Positions 24,895 to 36,337 of a stretch of 64,000 nucleotides of DNA are shown here, piece after piece. This stretch comes from Paramoeba atlantica (taxonomy: Eukaryota > Protista > Discosea). Numbering within the stretch: the first letter of the stretch is position 1; each line of letters begins with the position of its first letter. The DNA lies in NCBI GenBank assembly GCA_977017575.1, contig CDRNVI010000149.1, forward strand, positions 124,001 through 188,000, given 5' to 3'. A program made the translations under genes and the position numbers. The notes beneath the pieces were generated by a model, which had not been told where the DNA came from, did not search any database, and saw only the letters and a program-made list of their open reading frames with translations.

Positions 24895-25262
24895 GAAAGT
24901 TGTTTAATTGAAGAGAGTGTAATTCACGTATTAAAAAAATGTTCCTTTTTTCTTCATTGATTTTTTTCTTTTTTTCTTTTGTTTTTTTTCTTTTTTTTCT
25001 TTGTTTTTTTTCTTTTGTTTTTTCTTTTTTCTTTTTTTCTTTTGTTTTGTGTTTTTCCTTTTTTTTTTTCTTTTTTTTCATCTTTTGTTTTTGTCTTTTT
25101 TATCTTTTCTCTTTCCTCTTTTTAATCTTCTCCCCCTTCTCTTTTCTCTTCTTTCCCCTCTTTCTCTTTCTCTTTTCTTTTCTTTCCTTCTCTTTCTTTC
25201 CTTTTAAGACAGTGAAGTCGTTGAAATAGAAAAGAGTGAAATCACGTATCAAAAGAGATCCT
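24895..25262 (+). pseudogene. Two related micro-exon-like segments (..VVEIEKSEITYQK..), possibly the start of a kinase domain of the LRR gene
   Basis: AG acceptors at 24893-24894 and 25207-25208; the two segments resemble each other; paralogous copies at 36111 and 36309. Confidence 0.35.
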
Positions 25263-25896
25263 TTTTCTTCACAGTTTTTTCTTTTCTTTTTTTTTTCTTT
25301 TTTTTTTTCTTTTTTTTTTTTTTCTTTTTTCTTTTTTTTCTTTTTTCTTTTTTTTTTCTTTTTTTTTCTTTTTGTTTGTTTTGTTTGTTTTGTTTTGTTT
25401 TGTTTTGTTTATTGTTCTCTTCTTTTCTTTTCTTTTTTTTTGTTTTTTTTGTTTTTTTATTTTATTTTTTTCCTTTGTTTTCTTTTCTTTTTTTTTGTTT
25501 TTTTTTGTTTTTTTTTGTTTTTTTCCCTTTTCCTCCTCTTTCTCCTTTCTTTTCTTGATCAAAGCGAAAATAAAAAGAAAATTGTTGGTTCTCTCTTTTT
25601 TCTTTTTCTCTTTTCCCTCTTCCTTCCCCCTTTCCTTTTTTTTTCCTTTCCTTTTTTCTTTTTCTTTTTTCTTTCTTTTTTTCTTTTTTCTTCTCTTTGT
25701 TTCTTTTATCTTTTCTTTTTTTCTTCTCTTTTTTTCTCTTTTTTTTTTCTTTTTTCTTTCTTGTTTCTTTTTTTCTTTTCTTTTTCTTTTCTTTTTCTTT
25801 TTTTTCTTTTTTTTTTCTTTTTTTTTCTTTTTTTTTCTTTTTTTTTCCTTTTTTTTCCTTTTTTTTTCTTTTTTTTTTCTTTTTTTTCTTTTTTTT

Positions 25897-25928
<32 letters not shown>

Positions 25929-26772
25929 CTTTGTTTTTGTTTTTTTGTTTTCTTTTTCTTTTTTTTTTCCTTTTCCCTTTCCTTTCCCTTTTCTTTCTTT
26001 TTTTTTCTTTTGACTCTTTCTTTTCTCTTTCCCTCTCCTTTTCCCCTTTATTTTGTTTTTCCTTTTCCTTTTTTCTTCTTTTTCTTTCTTTTTTTTTATT
26101 TTTCCTTTTGTTTTTTTGTTTTGTTTTTATTTATTTTTTCTTGTTTTTCTTTTTTATTTGTTTATTTTTTTATTTGTTTTTTCTTTTTTCTTTTTTTTTT
26201 TTCCTCCTCTCTTACTTTTTCCCCCCTCTTCCTGAGGAGTAGTGTGTGTGTAACATGTACCTTTAATCTTTTTATTGAAGCCAAAAAGACTACAATATTT
26301 GTGTACAAAACAAATATTGCAGCCTCTTTGGGGATTTTCAAGCATGTATGCAGCAGCGAGAGTGTGGTGGGGGAAAATTCAAAAAGAGGAGGCGTTTTTA
26401 ACAAAAAGAGATCGCCAGATTGATCTGATTTCATTATTTTTCAGGAGATGGTCCCAGAGGAGAGAAAAAACAACAAAAAGCAAAGAGAAAAGAGAGGATG
26501 AAGTTGACAAGAGAAAAAAATGGTAGTCGAGGTGGGGATTCTGTCTGGTGGGTTAATGAAACTGTGTGATGTTCTTTTGCTAACTTGACAAGGGGGCAAA
26601 GGGATTGGATTGTTTGTGTGTGTGAGAGATTTCCTCTCCTTTTGTTGAGATTGTTGTGAGAGTTCCAAAAGAGAGAGAAAAAAAAAATTATTTTAATAAT
26701 AATAATAAATATTTTTCAACCAATAATTTATTTATTTTATACAAAAGGAAAGAGAAAGTATTCAACAAAATT

Positions 26773-27245
26773 TTAATCAACTTCCTCGATCTTGGGTTCA
26801 GCAGAAGAACCAGATCCTCCTGCATTTCCACCAGAACCAGAGAAACCTCCAGAACCAGAATCACCACCAGGGAATCCACCAGCTCCACCAGGGAATCCCC
26901 CAGCACCACCAGGGAATCCACCAGGCATACCTCCTCCTGGCATACCACCGGGCATACCACTGGGCTTACCCCCAGGCATACCACCGGGCTTACCCCCAGG
27001 CATACCACCAGGCATACCACCAGGCACACCACCCTCACCACCAGCTCCTTGGTAGATCTTGGAGAAGATTGGCATCACCTTCTCTTCCAATTCCTTCCTC
27101 CTGTGTTCAAACTCAGCAACAAAGAGTAAGCATAGTTCTCAAGTCCATTCTTCGCTTCAACCTTCTTACGAGCTTCCTCATCTTCATCCTTAAACTGTTC
27201 AGCATCCTTCACCATTCAATCAATATCAGCTTGAGACAATTGACT
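26773..27245 (-). pseudogene. HSP70: Cytosolic Hsp70 3' fragment with internal deletion and premature stop
   Basis: [39 protein letters not shown] // [26 protein letters not shown]...GGMP repeats...PKIEEVD*. The lid segment is missing; TGA at 27216-27218. Confidence 0.93.
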
Positions 27246-27249
27246 CCTG

Positions 27250-29830
27250 CGAGTTCTGCAACTCCTTCAAGTTCTTCAATTCTCTCAAGTTCCTCAGCTC
27301 CTTTCCAGTTCTTCAACTCCTTCAAGTTTTTCAACTCCTTTTCAAGTTCTTCGGGTTCTTCAGGTTCTTCAACTTCATCTCGGTTTGTGATGAGAGATGA
27401 ATCTCACCGATATCTACTTGATGGCCTTTCACCTGTTCGTGGAAATGGGAAAGACGAGGCGCCCTCTTATGAAGACCTCCAGAACAGTTTTCTTCAACTC
27501 TGAGAAGAGAGACAGCTGATGAACAAGGACTTGAGTGGCATGAGAAGACAAATCTCTCAACTCAGCTCGATGTTGATGGATCGACCCTTACCCATCTCAA
27601 GACTCTGGAACGTATACAAAGGCTCAAAGAGATAATCTGAGAGAACTGGTAAAAGAAACGAATTTTTCGGACCCCACTGAAGTGAACGATTTTTGTTATG
27701 TGGCGAGAGAGAAGCTGAACTCAAAAGTCTCGCCAAATGTGGCACCTCTTGGGAGGGATCTGAAGTTATTTATCAAACTGCCTAACTCAATTAGCTGGAA
27801 GATGGTGAGCGAGTCCCAAGATCCACTTGTTTTGCTTGAGGCTTTGCGGAAAATGTTTGGACAAACTGAAGAGGAGATGACAGACTCGTCCAGGTACCAA
27901 AATTTTCGAATGCCTAATTCGAAAATGAGCAAGTTCCAGCAGTACGCGACCCATTTTCTCGATCTATATTTGAAGAAGAACAAAATTTCTCGAAGGGATG
28001 CGCGTGATAGAGATATTATTGACGAATTTGCTGAGAAATTTGAACAAGGGTCTGTATTCAAGGCGAAGTTTAAGGATTTGGGAAGAAAACTTGATTGGGA
28101 GGATACAGTGAAGAGATTTCTTGTCGATCTGAAGTTCACTTTGGAGTGCTCGACGCCAGAACCTCGATTAGCAAAGATTGGAGTTCAGGATACGGCAGAG
28201 TATCAAAAGATTGCGGACCAAACTGATCGAAAGAGAAAGAGGGAAGAACCTTTTTGTTTCATTTGTGGTGGAGCTCATCTTCTCCGACTTTGTCGCTTGA
28301 TGGAGGGATTGCGGTCTGAATCCGCAGCTTCTTTCAGGACTCAAGGGAAGATGAGATGTTCACTTTGCGGCTTTACAGACCATGGAAGTCGCCAGTGTTT
28401 CTGGTTGAACACTGCGAAATTCATAAGGGTTCGCAATTGTCAAATGCCATTTTCGGTAAGGACCCCCTGGAGGAGAGCAATGGAACAATATTCCAAAGCA
28501 ATCCAAAAGGAGTACCCTGAGACAATGGATTATCAAAAATGGCTACACGGGGAGACCAGAACCCCCCCCCATGAAAACTGACTCCCAAAGACGGAAAGAA
28601 CCTCAAAAGAAGTTCTGGAAACTAATTGAAAGAGCTTCCGAACTTTTTGATGCAATGGAAGGTGGAACACTAACACCTGAAGAGGGCACAAAAATACTGG
28701 CAAGGTTTGACTTCTTTACAATTTGACAAATCTGAAAAATACTAAGAGATCTTGGAAACAGGATACAAATCACACTTTGGTTAATCTGACTGACAAAGGA
28801 TTTGTTATATTTGACAAGAAGATCTTGACGAGAGAAGTATTTCCGAAACTGAGTCAAATAAATAACAATTGTGTTAACCATACACCCCTTGTACTGTTGA
28901 TCAAAAATGCATACAAGCACTTTGTGATTCTAGTGCTGGAATTGATGTGGTGTCGAGAAAAGCTCATTAAAAACATTGTACCAAGAATGAGAAGACCATA
29001 TCAAGGCGGCAAGGTCACTATGGCAAACAAAACAAGTGTCAAACCAAGGGAGGAAGTTCTCCTTGAAATCAACATTGCTGCTGGGGAAAGGAGGAGACAC
29101 TGGGTTCACAATCTTAAATGAGCTCTCTTCCAGCATTATTTTTGGAACTCCATTTCTTTCAAAGATTGGAGCTGTCCTTGACTTTGACAAAGGAAAAATA
29201 GAATTCCGAAAATTGTTGCATGCATTGACTTTCCCTTTTTGCAGAAAAATAAAGACAATTCTCAAATTTCCGCGGTTCTTCCAGAACCTGTGGGGAAATT
29301 GGTGAATTGAAAACAGTTGAATGGATAACTTTAGAGCCCACGGAACAATCAGAAGAGACCCTCCAGTTGGAACCTGGGAAAGGATGTCTGAAGTCTTCAA
29401 TACAAAATCCTGAGTGAGAATGATTCTGGAGAACCGAAAAAATATCGTGTTCAGATCACCACTGCAGCAGGAAAAATACGATATGAATGGTTTTTACATG
29501 AACAATTAAAAGACTTTGAACTTCTGAAAGATTACCTCTTAGAAAAAGAGAATGCAAGGAGAGAAATTCATAATCCTCCGCGAGACCATTCTCCTGAGAG
29601 AATTCAGAAAAAGACGAAAATTAACACAATCCACAAATTCAAACCTTGGACAAGAAAATAAGGGATTTGACACCCAAATTATCCAAGAAAGAATATACAA
29701 TGGATATAATCAATATCTTGTTGTTGGCCCTACTGGCAGAGGAAGAATTCAAAAACGTTGGATGTACGAAGAAGATGTGAAAGATTCACATGGGAATGAA
29801 TTAGAAAATTACCTCGAAATGAAGGGATAA
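27250..29830 (+). mobile_element. Gag-aspartic protease-2x chromodomain retroelement-like unit lacking RT/RNase H/integrase (decayed)
   Basis: Gag with CFICGGAHLLRLC and CSLCGFTDHGSRQC knuckles; protease ALCDSSAGIDVVS...FTILNELSSSIIFGTPFLSKIGAVLDFDKGKI (~28910-29250); chromodomain-like YKILSE...KKYRVQ...YEW..EQLKDFELLKDY (~29395-29545) and IIQERIYNGYNQYLVV...RWMYEEDV...ELENY* (~29670-29830). Confidence 0.75.
27682..28581 (+). CDS. Gag-like ORF with two CCHC zinc knuckles
   Basis: 299-codon open frame. Upstream Gag-like coding from ~27250 is broken by stops; the downstream frame is offset by one base at the C9 run 28562-28570. Confidence 0.75.
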   Translation: MNDFCYVAREKLNSKVSPNVAPLGRDLKLFIKLPNSISWKMVSESQDPLVLLEALRKMFGQTEEEMTDSSRYQNFRMPNSKMSKFQQYATHFLDLYLKKNKISRRDARDRDIIDEFAEKFEQGSVFKAKFKDLGRKLDWEDTVKRFLVDLKFTLECSTPEPRLAKIGVQDTAEYQKIADQTDRKRKREEPFCFICGGAHLLRLCRLMEGLRSESAASFRTQGKMRCSLCGFTDHGSRQCFWLNTAKFIRVRNCQMPFSVRTPWRRAMEQYSKAIQKEYPETMDYQKWLHGETRTPPHEN

Positions 29831-30060
29831 AGAGACTAATCTTCCGGAACTGCGAAAGGAGATCGAATTTTTTTTTCTACTTTCACGCCTGAGGGTTTTT
29901 TGCGCCGTGTTTGTCCTGGTTTTCCCTCGAACCAAGGGCTTTCCACTCGTGTGGTTTTTCCCTTGCTATCTTTGCTATTTTGCTATTTTGCTATCCTTGA
30001 CAGTCAGACTCGAACAAACAATTCAAGAAGAGTTGGCCAAGTGAGGACACTTGATTTTTC

Positions 30061-30640
30061 AAAAAGGGGGGGAGGTGTAAATACGGAAATCCTTTGCAGC
30101 TTCGAAAACAAAACTCTTTCAATTCTCTTGGTCAAACCAGAAACGTGCAAACAAGGAACCGAACGGAAACGAACACAAAATATCCTAATAAGATATTGTT
30201 GTTTGGCATTTGTCTCTTCATTCAGACCAAAAATTGAACAAAAACCTCCAAGAGAATCATTTCCTTAAGCATATATTCAGGATCTTCTTTATCTCAACTA
30301 CCCAGTCACATCTGGACCACCCAGTAATTGTATGAAGACCTTCTTCCAAGAACCCCCCCCCAAAGCAGTATTGCCTGCCTCATCCCAGTTATCCTGTTGC
30401 CAGTGAACCAATGATGAGGAAGACTTCTATGTTGAGCAGCCACTGCCACAACTTCAACTCAACCAACCTCCTTTTTCCACTAAACTTTGAGTCAAGAAAG
30501 TAATCTTGGTAGATCCACATCACACATTGTGTATTATTCAATCTCACTGCTGTCTAAAATCATCAGCCTTGTTCACATTTTTTTCTCAACCCATCACTCG
30601 CCGCACAAAGGATTAAGAAACAGAAAATTTCTTTTAAAAA
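30061..30640 (+). mobile_element. Polypurine tract plus candidate 3' LTR
   Basis: AAAAAGGGGGGGAGG immediately followed by TGTAAATAC at 30076. The LTR end and a 5' LTR were not identified. Confidence 0.5.
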
Positions 30641-31986
30641 GAAATTTATTGTTGTTTACCAACTAAATTCAACTTTTGGCGAAAACAGCAATAAAAAGAA
30701 ATCAAAGAGCAGAAAAGAAAAAAAGGAGAGAAACAGAAAAGAAAAAAAAGGAAAACAGGGGGGAAAAAAGAAAAAAAAAAAAGAAGGAAAAAGGGTAAAA
30801 AAAAAAAGAAACCAAAGGAAAAAGAGATCCTTTCAAACACAAAGTTCCTTTCTCCAAAGAAAGTTTCCTCTCTTTCTCTTTTCTTTCCTCTCTTCCTCTT
30901 TCTCTTCTCTTTCCTCTCTTCCTCTCTTTCTTCTCTTTCTTCTCTTTCTTTCTTCTCTTTCTTCTCTTTCTTTCTTCTCTTTCTTCTCTTTCTTCTCTTT
31001 CTTCTCTTTCTTCTCTTTCTTCTCTTCCCTCCCTTTCCTCTCTCTCCTCTCTTTCTTCTCTTTCTTCTTTCTCTCTTCTCTCTCTTCTATCACCTGTGCT
31101 GCTCACCAAAAAAAAGAAACAAAAAAAGCGGTTGAACCGCTGATTTAGATCCCTTAATTTTTCAGGACATCGAAAACCGTGGAAGATGCTTTTTGTAAAC
31201 TCAATAAACTGCTTTTGGTTTTTTTTTTTTTTTGTTTCTCTCTCTTTCTTGTTTCTCCCTTTTTTTCCCCCTTCCCCACTCTTTTCTCTTCTCTTTCATT
31301 CTCCTTTTTCCAAAACAATTCATGCTGTTGTTCCCCTGTCTCAGGTTGTGGCACCTTTCTTTTCAGGGGATCCGTCTCGGTGGGTGTGTTGTGTGATCTT
31401 GGGGTTGTGGTGATCTGCGCCAGCTCAAACCAAGAGGTCTTTTTTTTTTTCATTTTTTTCATTTTTTTCATTTTTTTCATTTTTTCCTTCTTTCCTTTTT
31501 TTTTCTTATTTTTTCCCTTTTTTTCTTTTTTTTTCCTTCTTTTTTTTCTTTTTTTTTTCCTTTTTCCTTTTTTCCCCTTTTCTCTTTGAAAAACAAAAAA
31601 AGAGAGAGAAAAGAAGAGGGAATTTGGAAGGAAAAGAAGAAGAAGATAAAAAAAGAGAGAGGAAGAGAGAAAAAAAAGAGAAAGAGTGAAAGAAAGAAAA
31701 AAAAAAGAGAAAGAGTAGAGACAGAAAAAGAGAGAAAAGTGAAGAAAAAAAAGAGAAAGGGTGAGAGAAAGAAAAAAAAGAGAAAGGGTGAGAAAAAGAA
31801 AAAAAAGAGAAAAGTGAAGAAAAAAAAGAGAAAGAAGGAGAGAAAGAAAAAAGAGAAAGGGTGAGAAAAAGAAAAAAAAGAGAAAAGTGAAAAAAAAAAA
31901 GAGAAAGGGTGAGAGAGAAGAAAGAAAAAAAAGATAAAAGTGAAGAAAAAAAAGAGAAAGGGTGAGAGAGAAGAAAGAAAAAAAAA

Positions 31987-32059
31987 AGCACCAGGAGGGA
32001 CTCGAACCCACAACCACCAGCTCAGAAGGCCGATGCGCTACCAATTGCGCCACTAGTGC
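31987..32059 (-). tRNA. tRNA-Arg(TCT)
   Basis: GCACTAG TG GCGC..GCGC A TCGGC CT-TCT-GA GCTGG..GTGGG TTCGAGT CCCTC CTGGTGC; T-run terminator. Two G-T pairs in the anticodon stem and one T-stem mismatch. Confidence 0.8.
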
Positions 32060-32247
32060 ATTTCTGAAAAATATTTTCCATTTTTTTTGTGTCCTTCTCT
32101 CTCTCTCTTCTCTCGAAGTCCCAAGAGGAGGGAAATGGAAGAGAGGTTTGTTGGTTGTGATTCTTTTGTTCCAATGGAGATTGGAAGATTTGATCTGGAA
32201 AAAAGAGAGATAATGTTTTTTTTTTGTTTTTTCTTTTTGGATTTGTT

Positions 32248-32298
32248 TTCATACTCTCTGGATACTTAATTTGAAAATTCGGACCCAGAGAGTATGAA
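32248..32298. other. Palindromic hairpin element, copy 2
   Basis: TTCATACTCTCTGG / CCAGAGAGTATGAA 14-bp arms. Confidence 0.85.
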
Positions 32299-32485
32299 TA
32301 TATGATCACAAAAATATAATCACAAAAGGGATGAAAAACAAAATGAACCCTGTGGGGAAGGAAAAAAACAATTTTGAGAAAAGGAGAATGAGGGAGGAAG
32401 GGGGGGAAAAAAGAGATTTAAGTTGTGAAAAAGTGAAGAAAAAAAAAAAAAAAAAAAAAGAGAAAAAAGAAAGAAAAAAAGAGAA

Positions 32486-32604
32486 GGTCTTCAGCACTCG
32501 GGATTCGAATGTGGTCACCCACCATTCTACTAACCGAGCCCACAGCTGCTTAACTTCCGAGTTCTGATGGGATCGGGTGCTTTCAACTGGGTATGACCGA
32601 AGAC
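32486..32604 (-). rRNA. 5S rRNA
   Basis: Same sequence as 20186-20304. Confidence 0.97.
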
Positions 32605-32963
32605 ACTTTCTCTTCTTTTTTTTCTTCTTTTAATATCAATCCAAATTAATAAAAAGAAAAGAGAAAAAGAAAAGAAAGAAGAGAGAAAAGAGAAAAGAGA
32701 AAAGAGAAAAGAGAAAAGAGAAAAGAGAAAAGAGAAAGAGAAAAAACCTCAATGGAAAGAGAGAAAAAGTGGTGGAATTTCAAAAAAAAGAAAGAAAAAA
32801 ATAAAGAAAAAAAACAAAGAAAGAGAAGGAAAAAAAATTAACAACCTACAAAAAGAAAGATAAGAAAAGACAGAAGAAAAGAGAAAGAGGAAAAAGAAAG
32901 ACTGAGGAAAACCAAAAAAAAAAACAAACGAACAAAAAAACACAAAAAACAAAAAAAGAAAAA

Positions 32964-33011
32964 CGGACCTCTATTTTGGGTCCGAATATGATGGACCTCT
33001 ATTTCAGGTCC
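32964..33011. other. Two GGACC-N9-GGTCC dyads between 5S and the PB1 gene
   Basis: CGGACCTCTATTTTGGGTCCG and GGACCTCTATTTCAGGTCC. Confidence 0.55.
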
Positions 33012-33253
33012 TATCAGAGCTTTTTTTCTTTTTTTTTTTCTGTGTGTGTGTTTTTGGTTGTTCTTTCAGTGATTTTTTTTGTTTTTTTTTGTTCAATTTT
33101 GATTGGTGTTCCTTCTCGCCACACCCCCCCTCTCATTCCCTCGTGAACAACAACAAACACAATCAACCACACCCTCAGGTTTTGTTTTTAATTCAAAACA
33201 TTTCTTTTTCTGGATAACTTGAAACAGAAAAACAACAATCAATCAATCAAAAT

Positions 33254-33892
33254 ATGGTGATGAGAGTTCAGTTGATGTCGATTGTCGAAAGAGAAGAAGA
33301 AGAGTGGTGGGAAGTTCGAAACACTGAGAATGGAAGAGTGTGTTCTGTTCAAGCTCAAGACTTTCGAAGTCTCCGAAGGAAGATCCAGGATGTGTACGGA
33401 ACTTCAACTGCGGTTCGAGTGTTCTATCTTGACGATGAGTGTGATGTCGTCTTTGTGAAACGTGATCAAGACTTGGAAGATGCTTTGTTTGTTATTCCAA
33501 AAAAGAACAAGACAGCAAAAGCAGTGGAGAGTCAAGTCGAAGAAGAAACCGAAAAGGAGATTAAAGAGGTCGAAAATCGAGTGGGTGATGATGAAGAGAA
33601 GAAGGTTGAGAAAGTGGGGGATGAAGTTTTTGAGAACCCTCAGAAAAGACTCAAGGAACAACAGAAGAGAGAGAAGGAGATTGAAATTCTCAGTAAACGT
33701 GACAAGAAACTGGCAGATCAGATTGATGTTCTTGAAGAAAAGATCGTGGCTCTCCAACGAAGAAAGGAACAGTTGACTGAAAACAAAACCCAAGTTCGAG
33801 AGAACCTTGTTGATTTGAAAAGTCAAAAGGACATTGTTGGAAACAAACAAGAGGAAGAGGGGATTGAAGAAATCCAATCCTCTGAGGAAGAA

Positions 33893-33924
<32 letters not shown>

Positions 33925-34231
33925 AGATTGTGGTAAACCAAGATCATTTGGGCAATCGAGAAAGCTTCAAAACCAACGACGAAACATCGAAAGAAGACTT
34001 TGTAATCTTGAAGCGAAAGAAAAGAAGTCAAAAAAGATGATGGAAACAGAAATTATTCTCAAGAAACGTTTGGAGGAAATCACAGAGAGGTTGGCGACTG
34101 GACCAGAAGAAGAAGAGAAAGACAAAATGTTTATGAATAAGAGAAAAGGAACTCGACGTTCTTCTTCCCCACCACACGGTTCAAAGAAGTTTTTCAATTC
34201 TCCTCCTCCAAAGGAGAGAAGACGAAAATAA
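33254..34231 (+). CDS. PB1-domain coiled-coil protein (325 aa), paralog 2
   Basis: PB1 and coiled-coil blocks are near-identical to 18565-19551; spacers and C-terminus differ. Confidence 0.8.
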
Positions 34232-34430
34232 TACTAAATAATAAAAATCTCTTCAAAAGAACCAAACTTCTCTTTTTTTTGTTTTTTCAAGAAAAAGTTT
34301 ATTTCTTCTTTTCTTCTTTTTTTCTTTTTCCTCTTCTTTTCTCTGCCAATATACTCGTCTTACTTTCCTTCTTTCTTCTTTTCTTTATCAAAAAGAATGT
34401 GTTGGATTGTTAGTCAAGGGGGGGTAGGTT

Positions 34431-34486
34431 TTCATACTCTCTGGGTGCTAATTTGTGAAAATTCGTGCGTGCCCAGAGAGTATAAA
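34431..34486. other. Palindromic hairpin element, copy 3
   Basis: ATACTCTCTGGG / CCCAGAGAGTAT arms, loop TGCTAATTTGTGAAAATTCGTGCGTG. Confidence 0.85.
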
Positions 34487-35269
34487 TATCTTTGCTTGTT
34501 TTTTTTTGAGCATCTTTCGAAAACATCTTTCCAGCAGACAAAAGAATAACCAAATAAAACACCTCTCTGTCTCTTCTCTTTGAATGTTCTCTTCTCTGTG
34601 GCACACACCATTTAATATGGAAAGAGAAAAGAAGAGAAAGAAGAGGAGAGAAGAAGAAAGGGGGAAAAAAAGAAAAAAAAGAAAAAAAAAAAAAGAAAAA
34701 AAAAGGGCAAGGAAAGAAGGGAAAGTGGAAAGTGAAAGAGGGAAAGGGAGAGTGGAAAGCGAAAGAGGGAAAAGGAAAGAAGAGATAGAGAAAGGGGGGG
34801 AATCAACAGAAAAAAAAGGAAGAAAAAGAAAAAAAGAAGGAAAGAAACAGGGAAACAGAGAAAGTGAAAAAAAAGAAAAGAGAAAGAAAAAAAAAAGAAA
34901 AGAGAAAGAAAAAAAAAAGAAAAGAGAAAGAAAAGAGAAAGAAAAGCAAACAAAAAGAGAAAGAAGAGAAGAGAGAAAAAGGAAAACAAAAAAAAGGAAA
35001 CAAATTATGAACTCTAAAATCGTTTTTTTGTGTGCCAAAACCAGCCCAATTGCAATCGTTTTTCTGGGTGTTGAAAAAATATTCTACAAGGAAATTTTAT
35101 GAGAATTTTTTTTTTCAATGCCCCGAAAAACCTTTGCGACCGTGCTTCTTCTTGGAAAGAGAGAGAAGGAGGGAAGAAAAAAAAAGAAAAAGAAAAGAAA
35201 AAGAAACAAAGAAAAGAAAGAAAAAAAAAGAAAAAAAGGAAAGAAAGAAGGAGGAAGGAAAAAGAAAGG

Positions 35270-35590
35270 AGGGAGAGAAGGAGAAAGAGGGAAGGAGGGA
35301 GGATGAAGGAGAAGGGATGGAGGAAGGAAGAGAGAGGAATGAAGGGAGGAGGGAGGAAAGGAAGATGAAGGGAGGGAGGGATGGATGAAGGGAGGAGGGA
35401 GGAAAGGGGGGAGGGAGGAAAGGGGGGAGGGATGGATGAAGGGAGGAGGGAGGGACGAATGAAGGAGGGAGGAAAGGGGGGAGGGATGGAGGGAGGAGGG
35501 AGGGATGAATGAAGGAGAGGAGGGAGGGAGGAAAGGAGGATGAAGGGAGGAGGAGGAAGGAAGGAGGGAGGAAAGGAGGAAGAAAAGAAA
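35270..35590. repeat. G-rich purine tract (GGAGGGAGGAA-type)
   Basis: Direct reading; an analogous G-rich tract lies at 24410-24520 upstream of the same micro-exons. Confidence 0.8.
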
Positions 35591-36110
35591 TCATGTTCAG
35601 TTCTTTTCTTTTGTTTTTCTTTAGTTTTTTTTTGTTTTTCTTTTGTTTTTCTTTTGTTTGTTTTTCTTTTTCTTTTTTTTTTTTTTTTCTTTTTCTTTTT
35701 TTTTCTTTTCTTTCTTTTTCTTTTTCTTTTCTTTTTTTCTTTTTTTTTTCTTTTCTTTTTTTTTCTTTTCTTTTTTTCTTTTCTTTTCTTTTTCTTTTCT
35801 TTTTTTTTTTTTTTCTTTTTTTTTTCTTTTCTTTCTTTTTCTTTTTCTTTTCTTTTTGTTTTTTTTTCTTTTCTTTTTTTTCTTTTCTTTTTTTTTCTTG
35901 TTTCTTTTATCTTTCCTCTTTTTAATCTTTTTAATCTTTTCCCCTTTTCCTTCTCTTTCTTTTTCTCTTTTTTTCTCTTTTTTTCTCTTTTTTTCTCTTT
36001 CTTTCTTTCTTTTTCTTTCTTTCTTTTTCTTTCTTTCTTTTTCTTTCTTTTTCTTTCTTTTCTTTTTTCTTTCTTTTCTCCTTCTTTCTTTTCTCCTTCT
36101 TTCTTTACAG

Positions 36111-36337
36111 GAAAGTTGTTTAATTGAAAAGAGTGTAATTCATGTATCAAAAATGGTCCTTTTTCGTTCATTGGTTTTTTTTTCTTTTGTTTTTTTCTTT
36201 TTTTTTTTCTTTTTTCTTTTTTCTTTTTTTTATCTTTTGTTTTTTGTCTTTTGTTTTTTGTCTTCTTTATATTCCTCTTTTAATCTTCTCTTCCCTCTTC
36301 TCTTTAAGACAGTGAAGCTGTTGAATTAGAAATCCTT
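36111..36337 (+). pseudogene. Paralogous copies of the 24895/25209 micro-exons
   Basis: ACAG|GAAAGTTGTTTAATTGAAAAGAGTGTAATTCA and TTAAG|ACAGTGAAG. Confidence 0.4.

Noticed and set aside
26260-26345. Kinase subdomain VI-VII (LQYL..KQIL / KIG.F.LA)
   Set aside because: No HRD motif and the spacing is wrong; kept only as unexplained homology
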